Below, in pieces: positions 48,981-61,968 of a stretch of 64,000 bases of DNA. The stretch comes from Tubiluchus corallicola (taxonomy: Eukaryota > Animalia > Priapulida). The translations under genes were made by a program, and so were the position numbers. The notes below the pieces were generated by a model. That model searched no databases, was not told the DNA's origin, and worked only from the letters and a program-made list of their open reading frames with translations. Location of the stretch: assembly GCA_030141605.1 (NCBI GenBank), contig JAQGDQ010000165.1, positions 62,001 through 126,000 on the forward strand, read 5' to 3'. Each line of letters opens with the position of its first letter. Position 1 is the stretch's first letter.

Positions 48981-49769
48981 GATGGACAGAAGGGAATATT
49001 GTACTCTTTCTTTGTCTCTATAGTGAAAGAATGCATGAAAAATCAATAAAAATATAACCACGAATCGCTTTATTTCAACCAATCAAATTCCTACGTAGCG
49101 TGCTCACGTTTTGTTAAAGTAATTGTACCGCGTCGCATTGAAATCTCTTAACAAACTCTTTTGCATTCAGCTCGTGGTGTTCAAATTACGTTGTCCAACG
49201 AGATACATAAATTATGTAAGATTGACTTGCGATGCGTGCAGCCCTCTGGTGGCAGATCAGAGTTAATGGAGAAGCTTATCAATATGAGAATAAAATTGTA
49301 GCACAGAACTGGTTACCCTTCATAGTGGAAACGTTTAAAATGAAACTGTAGGTAGTAAGATTTAAATACTAGTAAAGTAAAGTTTTAGACAACGCATTTC
49401 TTAAGAAACTTACACCTAATTTTTGAGTTGTAAAAATTTAATATGTTATTGATTCAGTGCACGGCAAAATTTATCTGTGTGCTCGCTAACAATTAGGGCC
49501 TATTTTGTGTATATTGTTGTGATGAGACAGGAATGTAAACGAAAACGAAGATTATAACTCTAACATGAGTCACTGAACCAGTAAGGGTGTCTCATACAAG
49601 TCTGATGCGTATAGTTCTCCCTTCAGTGAGATAAATAATTTGTGCACTTATGCAGACAAAATCGCCTAAACGCATCTGCAGTCAGCTGTCCGATGCATCA
49701 CATTGATTTTAAATGCTTATAATGTAACTGTATTTTTATAATTTTCTTCTTTTTTAGTTCATTTATTTC

Positions 49770-50170
49770 TTAAAGCAAAACCGGACCCAATGTTAAACTG
49801 TAGGTCAAAACAATTTACTTTTTAAAATATTGAAATTAAACAGACTATTTTTCAAAAATGACTTACGTGAAAGAATTATTACCACACAAACACAATTTCA
49901 CGTTCGCGCCACTAGTTTTTGGCTATTACATGCATCTCGCTGTTCGCTAGTTAGACGAGCACTAGCATTTCGGATCGTGGAATATTTCTGCTATTGAAAA
50001 TTATGTTAGTTTGTGATGTCATTAATAGCTGGGCTCGCCTGCCGTTAATTAAGTTTTAAATATATAATTTAATTATCAGAAACGCTTTTGCAGTATTAAA
50101 TGTGTTAAAATGTATATTGTTTTCGGATTTGAAAATTGGGTAGTATATGAAAAATCCTGTCTTCCTTTAA
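49770..50170. mobile_element. Kolobok-like family C, both termini present, internally deleted
   Basis: ttaaAGCAAAACCGGACCC ... TCCTGTCTTCCTttaa. Confidence 0.82.
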
Positions 50171-50604
50171 TTTATTCACATTGTACATTTTTAGCACTTG
50201 TTTATTTGTATATATTTTTATAATATTACACTATAATTTTACGGTGAAACAAAAACAAAATTGTAAAAAAACGAAAAAAGTTTTCCAGCCGCTTGCTTAT
50301 CATTTACAGACGGAGTTGGATTTTGAATGCACAGTTGCTGCTGTCTGAATTATTCATATAAAATGCAGCTTTTGCGTGCAGTAAGCTTACGTAATTTTTC
50401 TTCTAATGTGTGAAAATTAGCAGAGTTTGTGTAAATTCTCTACGTGCTCACTGTGTGGAAAAACAACCTGCAAATTACATCGTACTAATCGACTAAAGGC
50501 TTTCTAACGGCTATAATTCTTCAAAATGTTGTAGAGCTTGCACTGCTATTCATTAAGGTTTTAATTACAAAAGAAAACAGTGGAAAATGCGACGTATTGA
50601 CAAG

Positions 50605-50860
50605 ACAGTATAGTCCAGTGGTAACGCGTCTGCTTTCCGTCTGGTAGGTCGTTAGTTCGATACTGCGGCTGGGTAATGCTAAAGACTTTAAAAATGGTAC
50701 CTGTTTTTACCCTGCCTGGCGCGTGGTATTTAGGTCAAAAGTGGGGTAATAATAATCTCTGTTATGTAGTTAAGTTTTATAATTTACAGTCGGCGTTTAA
50801 AGGCTCTTGGCAGGCTTGTGTTGTGTGTTGAATTTAAAGACGACTTTAAATAAAAGTTAT
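50605..50860 (+). mobile_element. tRNA-derived SINE, probably of Meta/MESC core type
   Basis: A-box TAGTCCAGTGG, B-box AGTTCGATAC, then aaagactttaaaaatggtacctg...ccctgcctggcgc, resembling the conserved Meta-SINE core as recalled; (TTA)-like tail near 50856. Confidence 0.62.
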
Positions 50861-50879
50861 TATTTATAGTTAAAACACC

Positions 50880-51430
50880 ACAACTTTATTAAAACATTTA
50901 ATCTATATAGTTAAAAAATCATGTCACACGTGTCGACAGTGCTCGCTGTCATCGTCAGTGATAAATTTTTGCTAACATACAACCAGTTTATATAGGCAGA
51001 GCCTACAGTATAGAACATTATGCACTAATTATGTATTTAACAGAAGCCAAATAAGGTAATGAATAAGCAGACCAGTAGAAAAGAAATTAATACAGTAACA
51101 AATAACTAAGTGTTTTAGAATAAAGTTAAAGGAACTAAACTGCTTTGCGCATTAAGAGAAGGCTTATTAGGGTACATAGATAAACTTTCTTTGATTAACA
51201 AGTCCCAGTTATATGTAGCTCTGTTCACAATGCTGAAATTATTAAAATCAGCTTTGTGACCAGAGGCACAAATATGGTCATTAATGCTAGATTGAGGAGA
51301 ATTTTTTAATTTCTTGCCAGTTTTAGACGAAATACCCAAATGTTCACAAATTCTTACTTTAAAGTGTCTGGATATTTTGCCATGGTAAGCAACATTGCAG
51401 CTGCTGCACTAAAATTTATAAATAATAAAT
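50880..51430 (-). mobile_element. Penelope-like retroelement 3' remnant (disrupted GIY-YIG endonuclease)
   Basis: Minus frame IIYKF*CSSCNVAYHGKISRHFKVRICEHLGISSKTGK...SSINDHICASGH...FSIV...LLIKESL...PSLN, with an in-frame TAG; a hammerhead-like core (50958-50925) and AATAAA (50890-50885) lie downstream. Confidence 0.85.
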
Positions 51431-51441
51431 CTATAAATAAG

Positions 51442-51442
<1 letters not shown>

Positions 51443-51539
<97 letters not shown>
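51443..51539. repeat. (ATT)n microsatellite
   Basis: Directly visible. Confidence 0.97.
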
Positions 51540-52015
51540 GTATAGTCCTAAAAGCTTTTCAGTTACTGTAAAAGTACAATGTGTTTTCATCTAAGGTGAT
51601 TTCTGTACGTCTGAGTCTGTGTGTCCTCCAAAGTTATGGACACTCATCTCTGGCGGCTGGCTTCTACTAAATCAATATTCGTGATATTTGCAAGAAGTAG
51701 AAGTGATTCAAAGTGCTGTTACTTTTCAAGCGTGATATGATCGTCAGAATCCAATGAAATTTTCATGAGCATAAGTGGGAGGCTAGGATGGATTTTACTG
51801 CAAGAACGTCTTGAGAATATCGTAGCGGCATATTGTCACATGTATAAAACTGACATGATGAGGAAAAGATTCAAAAAGATCTTTATTAGAGAGGATATGT
51901 TGGAATTATTTCCTTAGAAAAGCTCAAAGCTCCCGGAAGACGTGTGATTGTAATTACGTAATCAGTTGAGTGATCAAAGTGCCTTAAAAACCTAAGAGTC
52001 TTACTCTAAGTAATA

Positions 52016-52578
52016 CAGGGTGTCTCAAAAGTCACTATATATTTTGATTTCTATTTTTTTAAATTTTTTTTTCAATCTCAGCAAATTCTTACATGAATCA
52101 AAAGGGGCTTTTGGCAGTTTTTTATTTATTTTTGACTGGAACGTGGTTGCTATGGTGATGACAGTAACTTTAGAAATGAGGTGCAATATCAGCCTGGCAT
52201 GAAAGAGTTCGATCACCAACTGAAGTTCAGTGGGAATTCAGAGTTCCATCTAGACCACACTATTCTCTCACTATTAACAATGTAGTTTTTCAATTTTTCA
52301 ATAAGGTACAGCCCTTCTTCACCATCATGGACTGTGTGAGACTTTTTCAACGCAAGATGTCTGACTTGCTATTGTTTTGGTCTCTGTAGCTCTCGTCTCT
52401 GTACCTCGAAGAAGGTGATGAAAACAGCAAAGCCTACTAGTGCAGCAGTTCTTTTCAGATTTTTGTCTAATTTGACAAAGGAATTGCTCAAGGTTTTAGT
52501 TCATCTGAATCAATTTTCAAACTATTTACTTCGTTTGCTAAAAAATATAAAAGTGTATAATGTTTTTGAGACAACCTA
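52016..52578. mobile_element. Tc1/mariner-like non-autonomous element
   Basis: taCAGGGTGTCTCAAAA ... TTTTGAGACAACCTAta (TIR plus TA TSD). Confidence 0.68.
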
Positions 52579-52760
52579 TATAAGTTCAAGCTTTAGCAAA
52601 TTTTTCTAAAGAGTGTTGGAATGACTCTCTACCACTCTCACCATTCAACTACAGTTGAAAATAAAAGAAAATGGTTTATATTCGCATCAAAAGCTGAATG
52701 TTTGTGTAAAAGCTGTCGAATAGTTTACGAGGTGTAACTCCTGGTGGGGCAAAAACTCTG

Positions 52761-52993
52761 AATAAGCTTTTTCATAGTTCCAGCGATTAATGATGATCAT
52801 GAAAAGGTCAAAGGTTAAGTGTACCAGACATTTGTGTACACTTGACAACGCCTTGCAGCCCAAGCTATTGTAATAGTGCCAGTTTTAAAAGCTAGCTAGA
52901 ACCTTGCCTGATTCAAGTTTTTCTCTTCCCAAGCAAGATATTGCTAGTAAATCACTCTACGCACAGACTAATGGTAATTAAATAAAGTTACGT
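52761..52993. mobile_element. MITE family D, truncated
   Basis: aataagctttttcatagttccagcgattaatgatgatc. Confidence 0.78.
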
Positions 52994-54329
52994 GTTTTTA
53001 ATGTATGTCATTTATGTACTTTTTAACTACTTTCTCTCTTTAATTTTCGAAAATGGTAAGTTTATGCCTTCATAATTTGTTTTATTAGTAATTGTATTTT
53101 TATGTAATGCCTATGAGCTGAAATGAAGAGTGAAATTAAAAGTTACTGGAGTTTGCTGAAGTTTGCCATGATCAGTTTGCAAATTAGATTCGTAACTTTT
53201 CGCAGGGATAAAATTTTAAAGTGCACAGTTATACTTCTTCCTGTGGTGACACTGCAATTGTTCATGTGTACCTGATATCGCAATCAAAGAAGATCCTTCC
53301 TTGAATTTTTCGCAAGCATTTTAAACTAAAAGTTGGCCCAACTCTAGTTGATATGGCTGAAATTTTGGAAGCTATTCTGAAAATTTGGCGTTAATACAAA
53401 AAGCCAACGATTTCTTTATTTCGATACATTCCCTGATGGATTGCTAAAAATAATGTAATCAGAGGTCAACGTAACCAGACATGTCGCAGTAAGATATCAT
53501 CGCTGTGGCTTCTTGTATAACATTTCCAGTGAATAACATCTATATTTCCAACGTTATTTCGTGTTTGATTATATAGTGTAATACTTGTCCAAAATGTTCA
53601 AAACGTAATTATCTACAAATTCCAACCTACCCAAAGCAATACAGTGGCTTCTGGCTGTGGAAATATGGCTTCTCTAGTCTAGACATTTGGTCCTTGCTTC
53701 CGTAGGTCAAACTTGTAATTTATTAGCCTTGAATGTACAAGCAGCAGAACCGATATAAAGGAAAGCCATGTTGTTCAATTGCAGCAAGAACAACACCTCC
53801 AAGGAAGTATGGTCGGCGATAAAATCCATCCGCCGACACGATCTGTTATAGAGATCATGTCATGAGTTCCCGCGTATAACCGTGTTTATGATCTAAATAT
53901 TTACAAACACCGAGGGAATTTCGCTGTGCATAAGTCGGGCCGTTATAACCCAGCTGTCGACACGTGCGGGTGGTACGAGTGATGGTCAGTCAGTGTCTCA
54001 GTGGGTGTACTGAAGATGATTAATAGTAGTCAGGTGTCTATGTCATTGGGCTTGTAAAACACTATAAAACTGTCAGTAAAGAAGTAGCTGTCAGTACTTT
54101 TATGAGTTAGAATTGTTACGTGACGTCTCTATGAGAAAGGAGTGCAGCAAGGTGGTCAAGAGCCAGGAGTGGCGGAGGAGGTCAGATATGTCGGAAATGC
54201 ATTTCCGAGTAGCAAATTAAGTATTTGCCTCATGTAAATAACTGTAGGAAGTGTCTACGAAAGTTTGTACATAATTACTTCTGTTGTTCTTTTGTGCAAG
54301 TATGTAAATAGAAAACTTGACTTAGTGCC

Positions 54330-54780
54330 TCATTAACTAATTAATGTGTTGAATGAATTAGGCCTGGTATAAAGTCCGTGGCAGAAATTAAGAGATTTAG
54401 AGAAACCTGATCTGCCATAAAGTAGATGGTACAGGTTTCTCCCCACACCAAATGCAATAGGGAATATAGTTTTTCCCACAAATAAGTGCACTGTAGGAAA
54501 GTGGTTCAGTTTGACCCCGTTATAGGAAATATAAGTTTTCCCAAAATGATAACTTTGAAATTGTAAACTGTTATTGTTGTGACGGCTACAGATATCTTTA
54601 CTTTGTATCACAGGATTGTTATTATGAATTGTATGTTTTGTTGAATTCTTAAGTACATCATGATGTTTTAATTCACTGTTTATTCCCTTCATTCACTTAT
54701 ATACAGGCATCAACTAATTGGACAACAGGTATTAATAATAAACCCTTTCGTACATTTATTTGATACGTCTCTCCCTTCTT
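54330..54780 (-). mobile_element. Highly degenerate L2/CR1-like LINE 3' remnant
   Basis: Minus frame SRHNNNSL...FGKTYISYNGVKLNHFP resembles the GKxSxxYxGxKLWNxLP tail of LINE ORF2. Confidence 0.4.
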
Positions 54781-55195
54781 ATCTGAGCAGAAAACAAACA
54801 AACGAACCAAAACCTAAATTTAAGTTTTCGACATGATAGCAAACTTTAGTCTTGTTCTCGACATTATGTCGAAAGCACTCTGCAGAATTTAGTTGATTGA
54901 GACCTCAAGAGGGCGAAATGATCTTATATCTCAACAGTTTAGCAAGACCAGATTGCTAGGCAATACAGTGATTAATCTGAAAACAAGATGGAAGTTTTGG
55001 TCCTGCCATAACCCTCTGCATTGACTAAGCTTTGTCAATAAGTGTTAGATCTCATTTTGTAGGGTGCTAAAAAGTTCGATTTACGTACTTGTGAGCCCTG
55101 GGTGAAATTCATGATTAGAAATGTTGTCATGTTTCAGTATCCAATATATATTTTTTATTTGCCCAATATGTTTAGGCCACTGTACGCCACTGTGG

Positions 55196-55293
55196 ACCTA
55201 CACTTATTGTACAGGAGCCCCATACTCCGGGCCCTATACTTATTGTACAGGAGCCCAATATTCCGGGCCCTATACTTATAGTTCAGGGACCCT
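55196..55293. repeat. 36-bp tandem repeat, about 3 units
   Basis: Unit gccctatacttattgtacaggagcccaatattccgg. Confidence 0.85.
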
Positions 55294-56327
55294 TATGATT
55301 TTGAAAATATTATATAATGAAATACCCGGTGTACACTTGAAACAAGGATATACGCTGACACGTTGCGCGACAAATTATTTTTAGTGTGTCGTCGGTACTC
55401 GTGGGCCCTAGGCCAATGGCCTACTTGACCTATTGGTAAATTCAGTCCTGTCTGTGGTATAAAATAAAATATTTCCGATGAGACAGAATTTAAAGCTTTG
55501 GACAATTGTTTTCAACTTTGTTGTTTCTGTTTTGATAACATGTTTGCAGATTTCACAAAAAAGCTCGATCATGTGATTACACGTCGTTCACAAAGGAGAC
55601 GTTGCTACTGGTGTTTCTTGTCCTGGTATTTGTCTTGTAACCAGAACCCTCCCTGACTGGTTGTAAAAGCACAGTGGCTTTTCGCAGTACATCTCTTTAT
55701 GAGCTCATTCCCAACCTTAAAGCGCCAGATCAGCAGAGACCAAACAGAAAGAATGTTCGCAGTTTCATGAAAGAAAAGAAATTCTATTAAGACATAGGGT
55801 AGATACAATAATGACTTCTAAAACACCACAAACAGTTATCTCTACTGATTTGTTTCTGACAGTACACCACAAGTTGTTGGTTAGTCAAAAGGTTTATAAG
55901 GCAAACAGGCAGTTTTGTTCTTTTTAAGACCTACGCAATACAAGTAGTTTCAAGTATGCTTGTCAATAGTTTCATTTTGATTACTTCTTAATTAGCAATT
56001 GCAATGTTTTTCCAGTTTAGTTTTTAATACCGCTTCTTAATGAATTTTGTATCCTTTATTTTAATATCATACTATACTTATAATTTACATGTAGTTTTAT
56101 CTGTAATTTTTATTATTGTAACTCTACCTTTACAGCTGACGAATGACGAAAGTTTCTGAAAAAATAAGTTTTTGAGATTTAATTTTATTTTTAATCTTAA
56201 GAAAAAGAATGTTTAGAATCAGACTTGTTCTTCTGCATAAAACTCCTCAAAAAGAGATGAATGAATTTCAGCATCTCTCTGGTAGAATTACGTAGTTCTT
56301 ATAATCAATTCAAAGTCCATGACTAAC

Positions 56328-56460
56328 GGCGCGCGTTCAGACTAGCAACTTTTCTAGCCAAATAAACTCGATAAGTAACTCGCTAAACAAGTAAGTACGT
56401 ATAAGCGTATTCAGACTAGAAAGGCAAACTAGCTAAGAGTTACTCTCCGACAGTAAGGGC
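56328..56460. mobile_element. Family G MITE fragment
   Basis: Reverse-complement match to 18560-18670. Confidence 0.55.
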
Positions 56461-56475
56461 GACGATAAAGACATA

Positions 56476-57025
56476 CTATTTTTTTAAAAATTGCTTAACG
56501 TGAATGAATTATTACCAACAAACACAATTTCACGTTCGCGCCACTAGTTCTTCGTTGTTACATGCAATTCACCATTTGCTAGTTAGACGGGCACTAGTGC
56601 CTGCAGTTCGGAACAGCTTTGCTTAAAAAACAGGTGCTGTACCTCTCAGTTCAGATGTGTTAGTTTGTGACGAACTTCAAACGTTCGACAGTTTATGCGT
56701 GAACTCAGCGGTAAATTTGAAATTTGAACTTTCAGCTTAAAACTTGCCTAGTTTTAGTGCAACACACTGAATACCTTACAGTAGCACTTTACTTAAATTT
56801 TCGTTTTCGTAAACACGTGCAAAACGCTCGTGGAATATTTTTGCTGTTAAAAATTATGTTAGTTTGTGATGTTATCAATAATTGGGGTCGCTTGCCGTTA
56901 ATTAAGATTTTAATTTATCATTTAATTATCAGAAACGCTTTTGCAGTATTAATTGTTTAAAATGTATATTTTTATCGGACTTGAAAATGGGGCAGTATGT
57001 GAAAAATTATCCTGTCTTCCTTTAA
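56476..57025. mobile_element. Kolobok-like family C, near full-length, reverse orientation
   Basis: Ends tcctgtcttcctttaa; reverse complement of 57388-57895. Confidence 0.83.
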
Positions 57026-57387
57026 ATTCTTTTGCATTTGGGAAGAACTACTTCTCGCTTATGCCTCCAGCTCTTTTATGAATACATTAACAGTCCTGTG
57101 TGTATGCACACAGTGAAGCAGAGCGTGAAAAGGAGAATGGCCGATAATTTCTGAATCAATAAACGACAAATAACTCCTATGGAAACACGGGTTTACATGG
57201 CTTCAATGTGGATTTTCTGGCTTCCCTCGCTCGTACGTGTACGCACCTCTCCTCACTGTTGTAGGGAGATGTAGGTCAAGCCTTTGTTGAAACAGCAATA
57301 ACTATGAAGCACATTCTGAACATAAACAAATGTTATTAAATACATGTGGGGCCGAGTGGCACTCAGAATATGAGATTGGTAAAAATT

Positions 57388-57960
57388 TTAAAGGAAGACA
57401 GGATGATTTTTCATATACTACCCCATCTTCAAGTCTGATAAAAAGTATACATTTTAACACAATTAGTACTGCAAACGCGTTTCTGATAGTTAAATAATAG
57501 ATTAAAAACATAGTTAACGGCGGTCGATCCTAACTATTGATGACTTCACAAACTAACATAATTTTCAACAGAAAAAATATTCCACGAGCGTGTTGTGTTA
57601 CACGTGTTTGCGAAAGCGAAAATTGAAGTATGGTGCTACTGTAAGATATTCAGTGTGTTGTACTAAAATTCTAATTTCAAATTTACTGCTGTGCTCACGC
57701 ATGAGCTGTCGAACATGCACAGTTCATCACAAACTAACACACCTGAACTGAGAGGTACAACACCTGTTTTTTGCAACGCTTTTCGAAATGCAGGCGCCTA
57801 GTGCCCGTCGAACTAGTGGCGCGAACGCGAAATTGTGTATGTGTGGTAATAATTCTTTCACGAAAGTCATTTTTGAAAAAAAATGTATGTTTCCTTTCAA
57901 TATTTTAAAGAATAGATTGTTTTGACCTACAGTTTATGACTGGGTGCGGTTTTGATTTAA
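57388..57960. mobile_element. Kolobok-like family C, both termini present
   Basis: ttaaAGGAAGACAGGA ... GCGGTTTTGATttaa. Confidence 0.85.
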
Positions 57961-58094
57961 AGCATTTTTTGTTTTTTTGTTTTACGTTACTTGTGCTACA
58001 TACATATCGCTTGATAAACTAGATTCTTATTGTTAAAATTTAGGAAAGTTCACAGAAATGCTCGACTTCAGTAGTCCATGACAGTGCCCTATGG

Positions 58095-58226
58095 GATTGC
58101 GACTTTAAAAGTGATTTTACTAATTATACGAGGCGCTTATTGCAGTTTTATTACTAAATCTTTCTAACATTTTTCGCGAACATTGAAATAAGTCTAACCT
58201 CCTGGAAAACTCGGCCTTTCCTTTAA
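58095..58226. mobile_element. Kolobok-like family H, deleted end
   Basis: Ends ggaaaactcggcctttcctttaa; 58099-58180 is the reverse complement of 60946-61017. Confidence 0.6.
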
Positions 58227-58658
58227 CGCAGACTACCAAGACTATAGTTCTCTCAGACGTGCATTTTCTCATTTATTTTCTATGGGCGCAGTGGGAGAAT
58301 ATTTCACTTAATTTACACTTCCAGACCGAGTCTGGTGGCAGCTTGTTTTAAGACTCATTATTAGGGCTTCAGTATTTCGTTGCCACTTTACGACTATTGC
58401 TATTATGAATCATTTTTTCCTGAGGGGAGAAAGTGGGTGTTTCTACAGGCTTGTATGGGTAGCTGTGCTTCGACCTGACACCATCTGCTGCTGCTGCTAG
58501 TGAATTCTAAAGGAGCGTATTTGTAAGAAGATTCTAGACTGTAGCGCTGGTTTGTTGAAACTAAGCTATTATGTCCGGATGTTATGGGGGTATGGAAAAA
58601 TTCATTTAAAATATACAAATGTGCTTTAAAATTGCACTGTACATCTGGCTTGCATGTG

Positions 58659-58890
<232 letters not shown>

Positions 58891-59830
58891 AGCAGGATGA
58901 CGTTGGGAACATAGATAAGAATACAAGTTGCAAAATTTAATGTGGTGTAAAAATTCCAGTTGAAATCCTAGTTGCGAACTTGAAATGTTGAAATTTGTTA
59001 TTCTAATCTAACCTGTATTTCCGTAAAGACTTTACTGCACGCAAAATTGGAGTACGAACTCTGCACCTCACAGTGCTTCATAAGTTAACTTATCATAAAG
59101 CCAGAAATTACTAATGAGCTCCTATCAGGTACTACCCCTCTACTCCTAGCAGATACCCCAATCCAGGTGTGCAGGATAAAACTGATGCTTTGTTGTAGCA
59201 AATAATAGACTGTTAACCACCAACCAAACCACTTTTCCTATGTTAAATAACATCCATGACAGACTGATTGTAAAATCACTTACTCTAATTGCGCAGAGCT
59301 GCTTCTGCTTTTATTGTTGACAATAAACTTCTCTTCATCAACTCTTCAAACGCTTTTATTAATCTGGGGAATGAGAGAAGAGGGGATCAATCGAGCGATG
59401 AAATGACTGAAGTTAGTTCTAAAATGTATGGGTGACCATGTGGTTCCATACTCGCTTTAAAAGGTTTCATTTGCTGTGCTGATTGTGGCTGTTTACTTCG
59501 CCCAGGAAGGAGTGCTTCTGAACGAAGTCAACAGCTTGGCGTAGTATGAATTGAAATTATCTTAAGCGTATCCATTTTAGCAGGCCTGGTGTTGCTTAAG
59601 TTCACAACAAGCATGAACTATGAACACTTTATTCCACTCGTCCTGGCATTATTAATTTAGTTGCTAAAGCAAAACTGGTAATTTACAGCTCAGGATTTGA
59701 AAAACGGGGTTTTTGAAATGTGCCTAGTTAAAACAGGCTTGTGAAAATTTGCTGGTTTAATGAAATTCCCATGCAGTTTGATTTCCTGGAGTAATTGTAT
59801 GATGTCCTCTCGCAAAAAGTTAGGGAAGGA

Positions 59831-60447
59831 GTTTACAACTCCCCACAAAATTTAAATACCATAACTCTAACCCTAATCCAAACCTAACCCTAACCCAGCC
59901 ATAACCTAATTCTAACCCAACCTGATCCTAACCCGACCCTAACCTTAACCTTAACCCAACCATAACCCTAATCCTAACTCAACCCTACCACAACAATAAC
60001 CCTCGTTCTAACCCAACCCTAACGCTAAGCCCAAGCCTAACCTTAACCTTAACCTTAACCTTAACCTTAACCCTAACGCAACCGTAACCCTAATCCTAAT
60101 TCAACCCTAACCCTAACTCAACCGTAACCCTAATCCTAACCCAACCCTATCACTAACCCTAACCTAATCCTAACACAACCATAACCCTCATCGTAACCCT
60201 AACATTAAGCCCAAGCCTAACCCTAACCTTAACCCTAACGCAACCGTAACCCTAATCCTAATCCAACCCTAACCCTAACTCAACCGTAACCCTAATCCTA
60301 ACCCAACCCTGTCATTAACCCTAACGCAATCATAGCCTTTATCCTAACACAACCATAACCCCCATCCTAACCCTAACACTGAGCCCAAGCCTAACCCTAA
60401 CCCTAATTCGCTTCACGAACTAATTTCTTGTGTTTGGGGAATTTAAA
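59831..60447 (-). mobile_element. Second TIR element with a degenerate telomeric array (CCCTAA on plus), about 550 bp
   Basis: gtttacaactccccacaaaatttaaatacc ... cttcacgaactaatttcttgtgtttggggaattt; both unique flanks are the reverse complement of those at 30828-31098. Confidence 0.78.
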
Positions 60448-60649
60448 GTTGAGCCAAAGTTTAGTTACTATGCTGTCTTGAGGACTTCAATACTTTCGAA
60501 ATTTACAGTTGAACCTTTTGTCAAACTTAACAGCAAACACCAAGTTTATCAAGAAAGAATAATGCATTGATTATTTAAGAAGAGATTTTAATTGATGAAG
60601 TCTTCTGTTTGGAAATTGCGACGACCATGGTAATAAAAGTGATTGAAAC

Positions 60650-61020
60650 TTAAAGGAAAGCTCAAGTTTTCTGGAAAATTAGGCTTGTTTCGGGGTGTTT
60701 TTGTGGACGCCAAAAAGGATTTGTTGACATCTTTTTTCAGGGATCACTTTCTTTGTGGATTTTTGTGTACAAGTAAAATAAACGTGTCCACAAGTTTACA
60801 GGTCTCTGTGTCCACAAATACCTGCGCGATAAGGAACGAGATGTGATCCCCAAGCTCCCTACCGACTTTGATTTATGCCTGAATTGGTAAAACTTGACTG
60901 AATGCTCAATAAAGCAATACTTACGCAAGATATTTCACGATGATATCGCGAATAATGTTAGAAGGACTTAGTAATAAAACTGTAATAAGCGCCTCGTGTA
61001 ATTAGTAAAGTCGCGATCAC
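60650..61020. mobile_element. Kolobok-like family H, partial
   Basis: Starts ttaaAGGAAAGCTCAAGTTTTC; shares terminal and internal sequence with 58095-58226. Confidence 0.6.
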
Positions 61021-61752
61021 TACACACTTGGACGCTCCCATTTTCAATCTGCATTCTTGTTCCAATGATGTCATTCGTCTTGAAGAAAAGTAGTGCACTG
61101 CCAATCTTCATCAAAAGTATAATAAATTTAAAAAAATAGATAGCTAATTTTGTAATATTTTTGCGTGAATATTAGATACGCTACGTAAGTTGTAATTAGT
61201 TTGAGCAGCGCGCTTACGAAAAGTCACGAAGTCTCCCAATTACGTCATGATTTTCAAGTGAATGGCGACAACCACCTCACCTGAAAATTTCTACTCAGAG
61301 GTAGTATATTTTAAATTTACGCTTTATAGATATTTTTTTGGTAAATTTCTTTGTTATATTTAAGTTTCAAATATACATTAAAATAAACCCAACATACTGA
61401 GAGACTTGTTACTTCTTTTAAGCGCAATATTAGGCGTTTGTGTAGCCGCTTTCACAGTCGACGAGTTTATTGCAATATGACAGTAATAGTAATAATAATA
61501 TGCCTGCAGCCATTGTAAAAAGTCGATAGTATGGAAATGCCCTGAACTGTTTCGTTAGTTATCCAAGCATGTATGCAGCATTAACACCCTAAAAGCTTTT
61601 CTTGGGAAATGTCACCTCGGGTCCACGCATCAGATGGATTGAAAATATTGACATGTGTGGGGCATAACGCATGGATTCAATTCCAGCATTTTATTAACAT
61701 GCTGTAGCGTAGACCACAGACTTTTAATGAAGATCTTGAAGATTGATAGAGG

Positions 61753-61968
61753 AATTAGCCTTTTCACAGTTTCGTTGTGCGCAGGCGCAGTTGCTTTCGT
61801 TCAACGGTTAAGTGTACCACAGCAACACGTCTTAGCTACAACCGTCACGTCTCTCACGTGACATGTGTGTAAAGCCAAGCCGTCTGGCGCATTAGTTCAG
61901 TAACTTCAGTTGTTTTACGCGGACTTTGCTCAATTATGCATTAGTCTGTGCTTAGAGTGATTTACTCG
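61753..61968. mobile_element. MITE family D, truncated, reverse orientation
   Basis: aattagccttttcacagtttcgttgtgc; matches 36329-36535. Confidence 0.78.

Noticed and set aside
48555-49082. His-rich 164-aa ORF as a metal-binding protein near a zinc transporter
   Set aside because: A (CAT)n-type tract open in several frames on both strands; the His frame starts at TTG and has no convincing splice sites.
59860-60410. True telomere or chromosome-fusion site
   Set aside because: The repeats are degenerate, single-orientation, internal and bounded by TIR flanks shared with 30828-31098.
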